A stretch of 23,037 nucleotides of DNA from an uncultured archaeon (GTDB lineage: Archaea; Asgardarchaeota; Thorarchaeia; Thorarchaeales; Thorarchaeaceae): assembly GCA_964610875.1 (NCBI GenBank), contig CAZSWP010000050.1:1-23037 (forward strand), given 5' to 3'. The notes under the pieces are model-generated. The model was given only the letters and a program-made list of their open reading frames with translations. It was not told the DNA's origin and did no database searches. How positions within the stretch are numbered: the stretch's first letter is position 1; each line of letters opens with the position of its first letter. Of this stretch, positions 14,871-23,037 are shown in pieces. The position numbers and the translations under genes were made by a program.

Positions 14871-16028
14871 TTATGATTCATTCTTTGCAGCAGGATCATC
14901 TGAAACTTTACTTGATTTTGATTTTTGTTCTCTTTTTTCCTTTGCAGGAGTGAATGTGATGACTTCTTTTTCCTCATCGGGTTCAGCAACACCAACATGG
15001 TATAACTCAGTTGTTCTTGCCTGTCTGAATCTTGTAACAGCAGTCCATGTGGCGGATTTGTCAGCTATTACTGTTAATTTCTTGATCCTAAACATGACAA
15101 TCGCAGCAATGTCGATTAAGATTATGTTCATACCTAGGAGCATTAGAGATCCAACACCAATATTCATGGCAATCATTTCTCCAGAAACTAGTCCAAGCAT
15201 AATCATCATTCCGACATTTACAGCAGGTGGCATAAGAGCTGCAGATATTGCAACACCTACTAAGGAGGACATGTCACCTTTTGTGATTGAGATCGCAACT
15301 GCTGCTCCGGAAAATACGGCGATACCCACATCAAGAGCTGAAAATCCTCCTCGCCTTGTCACTTCAGTTGCAACATTATTTGTATAATCATCCACAACTT
15401 GGGCTAGAAATCCCGGGTATCCGGGATACAGGGAATCTGGAGGTGCAAGAATTGGCATGAGAAGGGCCATTACTGCACCTACTGCAAAAGAAAGCCCTAA
15501 TGCTATCAATTCATTGACTGTACCTTTCATTGATAAATCCCAATCACGAACAACCCAACCTAGTGCAACTCCAAGCATGGGTCCTATGAGTGGTGATAGC
15601 AGCATTGACGCTACAATTATAGTGGCATTGTTTTGGATAAGTCCAAATCCTGCCACTAGTGCTGAAATCATTACGAAAGCAATGAAGTCAAAGCTCAAAG
15701 ATGCTTGCTTCTTCACATTATCATAGATTTCTTCAACTGCAAGCGTTGCTTCACGCTGCATTCGTTTTTCAGTTGATTCTTCAGATGCATATCGCGGGAG
15801 TGATGCTTTTAGATCAAGCATATCAACAAATCCAAATTCGACGCCAACACCTCTACTCTTGAGACCCTCAACGGTGTCTAACATCTTATCATCACTAATT
15901 CTGAATTGTAGTAGATGGGCATTGTCAGCATTGAATTTCATCACATTCTTAACATCTAAGACATCGTGAAGGAAATCCATGACGGTTTCCGTTTTGTCAA
16001 AGGGAATGACTATCTGTACCTGTTTCAC
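14871..16028 (-). CDS. DUF389 / TIGR00341 family membrane protein
   Basis: IIVASMLLSPLIGP and LVGVAISAALMPPA signature motifs, multiple TM helices; likely GTG start at 16028 (VKQVQIVIP). Confidence 0.9.
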   Translation of the reverse strand: MKQVQIVIPFDKTETVMDFLHDVLDVKNVMKFNADNAHLLQFRISDDKMLDTVEGLKSRGVGVEFGFVDMLDLKASLPRYASEESTEKRMQREATLAVEEIYDNVKKQASLSFDFIAFVMISALVAGFGLIQNNATIIVASMLLSPLIGPMLGVALGWVVRDWDLSMKGTVNELIALGLSFAVGAVMALLMPILAPPDSLYPGYPGFLAQVVDDYTNNVATEVTRRGGFSALDVGIAVFSGAAVAISITKGDMSSLVGVAISAALMPPAVNVGMMIMLGLVSGEMIAMNIGVGSLMLLGMNIILIDIAAIVMFRIKKLTVIADKSATWTAVTRFRQARTTELYHVGVAEPDEEKEVITFTPAKEKREQKSKSSKVSDDPAAKNES

Positions 16029-16151
16029 AGAATTCAGGCTCCAGTAATTACATTTTACGCCTCTCTCTAGATTATTAAGGATTACTAGGAGGATAATTGT
16101 AATACGACTAATAACAAAACAAAGAGGTTTTACCTTATCATTATACTTTTC

Positions 16152-16175
16152 TTTCGAAATCAATTGAATTCGAAA
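16152..16175. promoter_or_regulatory. 24-bp near-perfect palindrome (putative operator) between the divergent DUF389 and LysE genes
   Basis: TTTCGAAaTCAATTGAaTTCGAAA, one mismatched pair, 11 bp upstream of the LysE ATG. Confidence 0.5.
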
Positions 16176-16186
16176 CAGGAATCAAT

Positions 16187-16858
16187 ATGGCAGTCGTTGA
16201 AATATTACTAGCATGGTTTGCACTTTCACTTACAGGTGCCCTTATGCCAGGTCCTTTATCAGCAGCTTGTGTAATGCAAGCAAACCGTCATGGCAGGTTG
16301 CATGGAATATTGCCAATGCTGGGACATGCAATTGTAGAGCTTGGTATCGTTGCTGTAATTATTGTAAGTGTTCAAGTTTTCATGTTTGACAATTTCACTA
16401 CTGGATTACTAGTAGGAATAGGTGCATCTGTTATCGTCATATTTGGACTCTTAGCATTGAAAGACTATCGTTACAAAGAAAAAGACCTTCAAATTGAATC
16501 ACATGAAACATCCGCAAAATCAGTTGCTGAAGCAACAATGCAAGGTGCAACGGTCAGTATTTTTTCACCCTATTTCTTGCTTTGGTGGGCGGCAATTGGT
16601 CTATCGAATGTCACACTTCTAGTCAATGAATTACAAGTTGGTGTTGGGATGGTCTTTATTGCTGGTGTTTTAATCTATCTCACGCATGTTTCTACTGACT
16701 TCTTGTTTGGTGCTGTGCTAGCAATTGGAACTGATAAAACATCAAAACGAGCAAAAGTAAGGGGCATTAATTGGATTAATGTAATAATTGGGATTTTTCA
16801 GATATTCTTGGGAATCTGGTTTATTATTCAAGCTTTCCCACTAATCATGACTGTCTAA
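16187..16858 (+). CDS. LysE-family translocator
   Basis: LSLTGALMPGPL, GHAIVE, SPYFLLWW motifs; about 6 TM helices. Confidence 0.9.
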   Translation: MAVVEILLAWFALSLTGALMPGPLSAACVMQANRHGRLHGILPMLGHAIVELGIVAVIIVSVQVFMFDNFTTGLLVGIGASVIVIFGLLALKDYRYKEKDLQIESHETSAKSVAEATMQGATVSIFSPYFLLWWAAIGLSNVTLLVNELQVGVGMVFIAGVLIYLTHVSTDFLFGAVLAIGTDKTSKRAKVRGINWINVIIGIFQIFLGIWFIIQAFPLIMTV

Positions 16859-16913
16859 TACAAGTAGCAAAAGCTTTTCTTCTAGACTAGATATACATAG
16901 ATGGGTAGTTTGA

Positions 16914-17519
16914 TTGAGAAAAGCATTGATTACTGGATATGAACCATTTGATGACTTTAAAAAAAATCCATCAGAAGAAGTGGCAAAATTGTTTAACGAT
17001 ATCAATGTAGGTGATTTTTCAGTTTCATCAATTATTCTTCCACTTGATTACACCAAGGCCTTCGAATTAACATTAAAGATGATTGCAGAACACAAACCCA
17101 ATGTCATCCTATGTTCTGGTCAGGCAACTAGGGGTGCAATTACAATTGAGAGAGTAGCTGTCAATGCAGTTAATCCTCAAAAAGAAGATAACTATGGAAA
17201 TATCCCTGAATCTGATGTTATTGAACCTGATGCACCTGCTGCTTACTTCACAAATATAGATCCTCATCCATTAATAGGCACACTTCATGAGCATAATATA
17301 CCCGCAGAAGTCAGTTATCACGCAGGAGTTTATGGATGTAATTGGTTGATTTTCAGAGTCATGCATATGATCCAAAAGACAAGTCTAAACACAAAAGCGA
17401 CATTCATCCATATTCCACCATTACCGGAGCAAGCTATCCAGAAACGTAGCACATCTCTGCCAACGATGGATCTCGAAACGACGGTACTAGCATTCACGAA
17501 AATTCTTGAAATATTGTAA
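16914..17519 (+). CDS. pcp: Pyroglutamyl-peptidase I (peptidase C15)
   Basis: LITGYEPF, NPS, IERVAVN (Glu), AGVYGCN (Cys), FIHIP (His) catalytic triad. Confidence 0.93.
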   Translation: MRKALITGYEPFDDFKKNPSEEVAKLFNDINVGDFSVSSIILPLDYTKAFELTLKMIAEHKPNVILCSGQATRGAITIERVAVNAVNPQKEDNYGNIPESDVIEPDAPAAYFTNIDPHPLIGTLHEHNIPAEVSYHAGVYGCNWLIFRVMHMIQKTSLNTKATFIHIPPLPEQAIQKRSTSLPTMDLETTVLAFTKILEIL

Positions 17520-17520
17520 A

Positions 17521-17545
17521 AGGAGTGTCGATTAGTGACACTCCT
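17521..17545. terminator. Hairpin between convergent genes (putative bidirectional terminator)
   Basis: AGGAGTGTC-gattagt-GACACTCCT perfect 9-bp stem. Confidence 0.65.
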
Positions 17546-17552
17546 AATTTGA

Positions 17553-18338
17553 CTATTCGGATGTTACTACTTCATCCAATGAAGTGTTATCATACCAAAG
17601 GTCTCTAAAAGCATGTATCACTGCTAACAAAATAGTTGTAGACACAAGTGTTGCAGCAGTTCTTTCAATAAGCATTGCTGGAAATATCGCTGTACCGAAA
17701 ACAATGCTTGGGATTGCTAATATGTAAACTGCGCCCATTGTCATCATAGAGAATTCTGTAATTGTTCCAATAAATGCAAATGGTAAAATTTGCAGATATT
17801 TCATGATACCTTGTTTATCTGGATCAAATCTGATTCTTTTAAACTGAAGGAATAGAGAAACAAATGCAGCCAGAATATATGGGGAAATAAACCACCAACT
17901 GTCATAGTTGGGTATTAGATATAGTGCAGCAATTCCAAAAAGATAAACGGCCGTTATAGTTGGGCCTGGTATCAATAATGTACCTATTTTGGTCATTGGT
18001 TTCAACGCAAGTCCAGTCAGGAGACCTGATATAGCTGCTCCGAAAACTAGTATTGGAACGAGTTGGAAGAGTCCTCCTGAACCACCTATGAACCAGACTA
18101 TTATCCCAGCAATCAAACCAAAAACAAAACCTCGAGATGAGCCTAATAGAATACCAAAAAGTGGCGCAACTAATATTGTAATGCTAATTGTTGCTGTAAC
18201 TCCAGAGGCTACAATAAATCCACTCACTGGAATGAGAGAGCCCACTGCATATACTGCAGCTAATATCGCTCCTATCGCGACATATTTTGTTTCCATTGAC
18301 CCGCCAAATAGTATCATATCTTCACTTACTTCTGTCAT
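17553..18338 (-). CDS. Polytopic membrane protein, ECF S-component-like
   Basis: AILAAVYAV...APLFGILLGSSRGFVFGLIAG pattern typical of S-components; about 8 hydrophobic segments. Confidence 0.6.
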   Translation of the reverse strand: MTEVSEDMILFGGSMETKYVAIGAILAAVYAVGSLIPVSGFIVASGVTATISITILVAPLFGILLGSSRGFVFGLIAGIIVWFIGGSGGLFQLVPILVFGAAISGLLTGLALKPMTKIGTLLIPGPTITAVYLFGIAALYLIPNYDSWWFISPYILAAFVSLFLQFKRIRFDPDKQGIMKYLQILPFAFIGTITEFSMMTMGAVYILAIPSIVFGTAIFPAMLIERTAATLVSTTILLAVIHAFRDLWYDNTSLDEVVTSE

Positions 18339-18440
18339 AAAGAATACCTTCTACCAATTTTTGACTGCCAGGTCGATTTACTACCATGATATGTCCTTAA
18401 TTACCATTTGGGTCCATTATACGCGTACATGTTGAAACCT

Positions 18441-18481
18441 AAAAAAAAATAGAGGGGATTCAACTCCTGTGAAAATCCCCT
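18441..18481 (-). terminator. Stem-loop plus T-tract terminator downstream of the LURP-one/scramblase gene
   Basis: AGGGGATT(18453-18460)/AATCCCCT(18474-18481) stem followed on the minus strand by T9. Confidence 0.7.
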
Positions 18482-18518
18482 TAGTTTCTGCTTAATTTCT
18501 ACAAATCATGAATCCACA

Positions 18519-19118
18519 TCATGGAAACATTGATGCCATGATTGTCAATACGACAAAGAGTAAGGCAAAACATACGATACAGAAGACTAATCTTCCACAT
18601 CCGCTCTTGCCTTTGAAAAATACTCTGTCCACAACCAAAGCAGAGGAAACTGCATGAAGTGGGTCCATAAAGTCTGAAACAGAGACCCTGAATTGGTCTC
18701 TTACTGACAAAATCTTCTTGTCAAGTTTGAATGCAAATTGCTCTTGACTCGTACGAGCTTCAAATCCCCATGCAAGGTATCCACCCTGAGCTTTTATCTC
18801 CTCGTCACGATACATGATTGTAAAATTCTTGCGTAGGGCAATCCAAGGACGCGTTATCTTCGCAATCTTACTACCATCTGAATCAAGCAACCAGAAAGTT
18901 TTGTCAAAGAATCCTCCCTTTGCAGTTAGGATTTTGTTTCCTTGTTCATCTTCAATGTTTATTGTAGACCTTAAGAAACTAAGCCAGGTTTGTCTAGCTG
19001 TTGCTAATTTCTCACCTGTCTGTTCGTCATAGATTTCATAAACTGGTCTCATAGAGATCAGTTTCTGTACTACTTTGAAGTCTTTAGTTCCTCCACCGGT
19101 ACCACTATCTATTGACAT
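18519..19118 (-). CDS. LURP-one-related / scramblase (tubby C-terminal-like) protein with C-terminal membrane anchor
   Basis: FKVVQKLISMRPVYEIYDEQ, repeated beta units (IEDEQGNKIL, LLDSDGSKIAKI), KKILSVRDQFRV...ALVVD, then TM LVFCIVCFALLFVVLTIMASMF. Confidence 0.8.
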   Translation of the reverse strand: MSIDSGTGGGTKDFKVVQKLISMRPVYEIYDEQTGEKLATARQTWLSFLRSTINIEDEQGNKILTAKGGFFDKTFWLLDSDGSKIAKITRPWIALRKNFTIMYRDEEIKAQGGYLAWGFEARTSQEQFAFKLDKKILSVRDQFRVSVSDFMDPLHAVSSALVVDRVFFKGKSGCGRLVFCIVCFALLFVVLTIMASMFP

Positions 19119-19180
19119 AGTTACCTACCTTTACCTACTTGCGAATAATGATATTATATAACTATTCCGAGAAATATTGA

Positions 19181-19867
19181 CTAGTCCCAAAAGCTTCCGG
19201 GTTCGTCAATCTCAGGTCCAGTTGGTGGTACTGATTCCTGATATCCACATCGAGGACAAATGATTTGGTTTCCATTAAAGCTGATTCTTTTACTTTTAGG
19301 ATTGTAATAGATTCCACAGCGTGGACATTTGTGTTGACGTTCGGAAATGGAGGCTAATTCTTCTCTGCCAACATCTTTAGGTTCAAATTCAACAGCAATG
19401 TACTTGCCAATGTATCCAACAACAAATGAACTGACTACGAAACTGATTATTATCATTGTACTAGAAATGGCAATTAGAACCGGAATGCCAAGAATCATTA
19501 GGGAAAGGGAAAAGAAATAAAAAGGGCCTATAATTGGGAACATAACATAGAGCAAGATACTTTGACCGCAATAGCTAGTAATTGAATGCTTTACTTGAAG
19601 GTTCCAAATCCAATTTGCAAGAATACTATTTAATACCCCTGAGAAAAGAATCACAATAAAACACAATATGAGCAGGATTCCTGCAATCGAAAATAAGAAT
19701 GAATAATCAACACTCAAAATCATTGCTAATACAATAGCGATAACTAAACTAAACTGTACTAGTGAAAAAATGAAACCGTGTAAAAAGTACCTACTTAGAT
19801 TCCCGCTAAATCTAAAATCAGAGTTAGACATAGGTGTTCCATGATCTGCCCATGAGTCATTTTCCAT
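19181..19867 (-). CDS. Four-TM membrane protein with C-terminal zinc ribbon
   Basis: Hydrophobic helices, then CPRC...CPRC; start moved to ATG 19867 after GGAGGAGG. Confidence 0.75.
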   Translation of the reverse strand: MENDSWADHGTPMSNSDFRFSGNLSRYFLHGFIFSLVQFSLVIAIVLAMILSVDYSFLFSIAGILLILCFIVILFSGVLNSILANWIWNLQVKHSITSYCGQSILLYVMFPIIGPFYFFSLSLMILGIPVLIAISSTMIIISFVVSSFVVGYIGKYIAVEFEPKDVGREELASISERQHKCPRCGIYYNPKSKRISFNGNQIICPRCGYQESVPPTGPEIDEPGSFWD

Positions 19868-19984
19868 ATGTGTTCCTCCTCCTAATTTAGGATACACGCA
19901 ACAATATGTCGCTAAAGTATACCCTAATAAATCATAACCAACTGCTGTACATTTTCAATATCATTGGAATTAATATTGCTTTTC

Positions 19985-20260
19985 TTAACTCAATCTAAAT
20001 ACTACTCCAAAAGTACCCCTTGGATAATTCCAGTCTACTGCATCTTTAGGACATACAATTTTACATGTCCCGCATTCTATGCAATCCTCATATTGAAAAT
20101 GGAGTTCTTCGTCCTCTATAGTGAAACATCCTGCAGGACATCCTGAAACACAGGGTTTTGTATCACATTCTAGACATTTATTCGAATCAGCTATTATATG
20201 TGGAATGCTATCGATGTTATATCTAAGGAGTCCAAGTTTCTCTTCAAGTCGTGTTTTCAT
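19985..20260 (-). CDS. fixX: FixX-type ferredoxin
   Basis: CLECDTKPCVSGCPA and CIECGTCKIVCP, WNYPRGTFGV C-terminus; 4-bp ATGA overlap with fixC. Confidence 0.9.
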   Translation of the reverse strand: MKTRLEEKLGLLRYNIDSIPHIIADSNKCLECDTKPCVSGCPAGCFTIEDEELHFQYEDCIECGTCKIVCPKDAVDWNYPRGTFGVVFRLS

Positions 20261-21543
20261 ATTGCTCTCACCGCCTCAATCATATCCTTTAGCAGGTGTG
20301 AAACTGACATACTTGAAAGGATTCTTCTCATTACTTGCGGCAATATTTTACCTCTAGGACCCATCCTTGAGGTGTATAGGTCTCTGAAGATTTCATTAAT
20401 CAAATTTGGATAATCAGTATTCACTCGTGGAATCGCCATCAACTTTGGAAATCTCTTGAAGGTTTTGAGGTTTTTGAGAACCCCAAATTCATCTAGAGCC
20501 TTCTCATAGTAGCTCAAACATATTTTTGAAAAATCTCTTTTCTTACGAGCTCGAATTGTTGTGTTAGCTGCAGCAATTCCTGATGCGATAGCATAGTTCA
20601 TCCCCTCAATTGTGAAACCTAGGTTAAGGACAAAACCTGCAGCATCACCCGTGACTATCATACCATCATCATAGAGATTTGATAAACCAGAATATCCAGC
20701 TTCTGGTACGAGATGTGCTGAATACTCGAGTAGTTTTCCATCTTTAACCAATCGTTCAATTATTGGTGACTGCTTCAAATAATCAACTATTTCTTTTGCT
20801 ACGGCATGATTCCTTTCAAATGATGTGAGATGAAGAACTGAACCAAGAGAGATGCTCTCTAAATTGGTATATAAGAATCCCCCTCCAGGATTTCCTTTGG
20901 TCGCACCAAGGAAGAGATGTGCAACACCTTCATTATGAGATAAGACAAATCGATCCTCAATCACATCTCTTGGAAGTCCTATGACTTCCTTTACACCGAG
21001 AGCAACCTCATGTGGTTGATAGTCATTACGAAGACCTGCTCCAATAGCCATCTTTGAATTTACACCATCGGCGGCAATTACAACATCTGCGTATACTGAT
21101 TCATCGTCACTCACGATGCCAACAACTTTGCCATCTTCAATTAAAGGACCATCTACACGAACGCCTGTTGCAAGTAACGCGCCAGCTTCTTCAGCTCTTT
21201 TGGCTAACCAATAATCAAAATTCCCTCTAGTTACTGAGAAACTGTTGTAGGGGGGCCTGGCATAGTTTGGTTCCCGAAAATCTATTGTTGTGGATCTTCT
21301 CTTACTCAGCATTGAGATACGATAACCAGTGATTATACGTTCAATTGGTGCGTCTTCCCAAAAATTAGGAATAAGAGAATTCAATATCTGACTGAACAAT
21401 ATTCCACCTGAAACGTTCTTCTCACCAGGGCGTGATGCACGTTCAACAAGCATCACATTTACATCTCCTTCTGCCAGTTTTAATGCTGATGCACTGCCTG
21501 CTAAACCAGCTCCCACAATTATTACATCAACTTTCTCAACCAA
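20257..21543 (-). CDS. fixC: FixC-type electron transfer flavoprotein:quinone oxidoreductase
   Basis: IIVGAGLAG, PGEKNVSGG, ADGVNS, GGGFLYTN, EYSAHLVPE, GDAAG...EGMNYAI; coupled to fixX. Confidence 0.9.
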   Translation of the reverse strand: MVEKVDVIIVGAGLAGSASALKLAEGDVNVMLVERASRPGEKNVSGGILFSQILNSLIPNFWEDAPIERIITGYRISMLSKRRSTTIDFREPNYARPPYNSFSVTRGNFDYWLAKRAEEAGALLATGVRVDGPLIEDGKVVGIVSDDESVYADVVIAADGVNSKMAIGAGLRNDYQPHEVALGVKEVIGLPRDVIEDRFVLSHNEGVAHLFLGATKGNPGGGFLYTNLESISLGSVLHLTSFERNHAVAKEIVDYLKQSPIIERLVKDGKLLEYSAHLVPEAGYSGLSNLYDDGMIVTGDAAGFVLNLGFTIEGMNYAIASGIAAANTTIRARKKRDFSKICLSYYEKALDEFGVLKNLKTFKRFPKLMAIPRVNTDYPNLINEIFRDLYTSRMGPRGKILPQVMRRILSSMSVSHLLKDMIEAVRAI

Positions 21544-21618
21544 TGATTATGTCTCCACCAAACTAAAGCAGAATCCTACAAATATCATTTGCGTCTTGAA
21601 TATGCACTACTAGAAAGT

Positions 21619-22242
21619 TCATTCTGATATTGATTGTCCAAGATTCATATTTAGAAATGCTTCTACCAATGACTTGAAACTAGCAAATCCTTCATATTGA
21701 TATGCATTAATTCCAATCTCTTTTGCTGACTGAACATTCTTTGGAGAATCATCAAAGAAAATACAATCTCGCGATTCTGTACAAATAATCTGTAGAGTTT
21801 TGTAAAATGCATTCTTTTCAGGTTTACAATATCCCAAGTCACTTGATGAGATGACATAGTCGAATGGATATTCACTACCAAATTCTGTTAATATCCGTTC
21901 TTTTGAGATTGAATCGCAATTTGTAAGAATCACTTTTGTAATCGAATCCGGAATGGATTTCACAAACTCTAGTATCTCATTATTGAAATAGTTCTTACCA
22001 AAAACACCATTCCAGATAATGTCTTGGTCTACATCATCTAATCTTTCATCAAGTGTAGTAACCTTCATCCACCATTCTTGACGATTAATTTTTCCAGTAA
22101 GAAAATCAGAGAGATACTCGTTGTTCCAGAGTAAGTCAGACAGCTCACGAAAGGAAAAATCAATTCGTTGTGCATTTCTTTCTGCATTCTCTATATCAAC
22201 AAGTTTCAGAACGCCGTCCATATCTAGAATAAGGGCTTTCAT
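21619..22242 (-). CDS. HAD-superfamily phosphatase (subfamily IA)
   Basis: ILDMDGVL, ILTN, KP, FFDDSPKNV motifs. Confidence 0.9.
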   Translation of the reverse strand: MKALILDMDGVLKLVDIENAERNAQRIDFSFRELSDLLWNNEYLSDFLTGKINRQEWWMKVTTLDERLDDVDQDIIWNGVFGKNYFNNEILEFVKSIPDSITKVILTNCDSISKERILTEFGSEYPFDYVISSSDLGYCKPEKNAFYKTLQIICTESRDCIFFDDSPKNVQSAKEIGINAYQYEGFASFKSLVEAFLNMNLGQSISE

Positions 22243-22365
22243 AGATAATCAAATCCATATCCAAAACATGATACAATTAGACAACTCTTGCATAATTATA
22301 CGCTATCAGTTAAACCTAAGAATGTCTTTCGTTGTATTTGTTTCTATTGATTCATACTTGATTGT

Positions 22366-23037
22366 GTGATTACTGTGAGAAATCGGGACGGAAGGAGAAT
22401 CGTAGTTAGTTTGATATGTTTCGTTCTAGCTGGCACTGTATTTACTACCTTCAATATCTATCTCGATTCATATTCAATCATTGATTGGAACTATGAAACA
22501 AAAATTGGTCCTTCTGCCATGATTCTTCAAAGTTCAATGGAGCCACCTTCATCGGATAGAATTATGGAGATTGAAGGTATCACCAAAGCTGCATCAATTC
22601 GGAAAGCATGGGGCACTGTGGTTATTTTTCCGCCCCATCAAAATGATACTCTCTATACCTCTGATTCATCATTCAAACCACTTGCAGGATATGATGTAAG
22701 CATAAATACTACAATTAGAGTGATTGAGATGAATCAGAACCTAATTGAACAGTTCCCATCAATCTATAATCTAACAGAGGGACGATGGCCTCTGGCTTCC
22801 GATGAGGTTGCTTGTGCAGAATGGCTTATGATTAATTTCGATGTCGAGCTAGGTGCAACTGCCACTTATCGCTATACTCAAGAGTACATCTACCACACTC
22901 AAACAGTTGGTGGAGTTTGGTGTTTTATTAGGAATGTTTCTCAGTATTCTTGTCCTTCAGACTTCTCTGACTTATACAGGAGTTTCAAACTCAGTTGACT
23001 GGTATACGCTTCCTTTGCATGTTACAATACCTCATAT
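22366..23037 (+). pseudogene. MacB/FtsX-type ABC permease, apparently internally deleted and frameshifted (or mis-assembled); runs off the window edge
   Basis: N-terminal TM plus LTEGRWPLASDEVA (MacB extracytoplasmic motif). After about 22910 the +1 frame reads FGVLLGMFLSILVLQTS...YTLPLHVTIPH, resembling the C-terminal part of an FtsX domain, while the original frame stops at 22998. Confidence 0.55.

Noticed and set aside
18339-18518. Vitamin riboswitch upstream of the ECF-S-like gene
   Set aside because: No TPP, FMN or cobalamin consensus visible; the stem-loop plus T-tract is adequately explained as a terminator
22996-22998. Selenocysteine read-through of the TGA
   Set aside because: No redox-motif context; the +1 frame explains the sequence better
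1-23037. CRISPR array, tRNA/rRNA, transposase or integrase
   Set aside because: No regularly spaced repeats, cloverleaf or rRNA signatures, or recombinase motifs seen by eye

Overview
AT-rich archaeal chromosomal window. Gene content (geranylgeranyl reductase, TrmB, RAD55/KaiC ATPases, a GvpD-like ATPase, GGTGA/GGAGG ribosome-binding sites, TPR, HEAT and scramblase-fold proteins) suggests an Asgard archaeon such as Thorarchaeia, which is an inference. The centre (about 5.5-13.1 kb) is a compact signalling cluster. It encodes three stand-alone receiver (REC) proteins, a single-domain KaiC/RAD55 ATPase, a two-domain GvpD-like ATPase, an inactivated KaiC-fold protein, a TPR protein with a regular C-x10-C-x10-C-x10-C tail, and a TrmB-MEDS fusion regulator. 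No histidine kinase, KaiA/KaiB, gas-vesicle or archaellum gene is present in the window. The cluster is preceded by about 1 kb of non-coding DNA carrying a pair of 28-bp palindrome-cored inverted repeats, and followed by small HTH regulators and an unannotated 48-aa acidic ORF. The flanks carry housekeeping-type genes (GGR, DUF389, LysE, pcp, ECF-S-like protein, LURP-one/scramblase, fixCX, HAD), a candidate structured ncRNA at about 1.98-2.13 kb and an apparently deleted and frameshifted ABC permease at the right edge. I found no rRNA, tRNA, CRISPR array or transposase.
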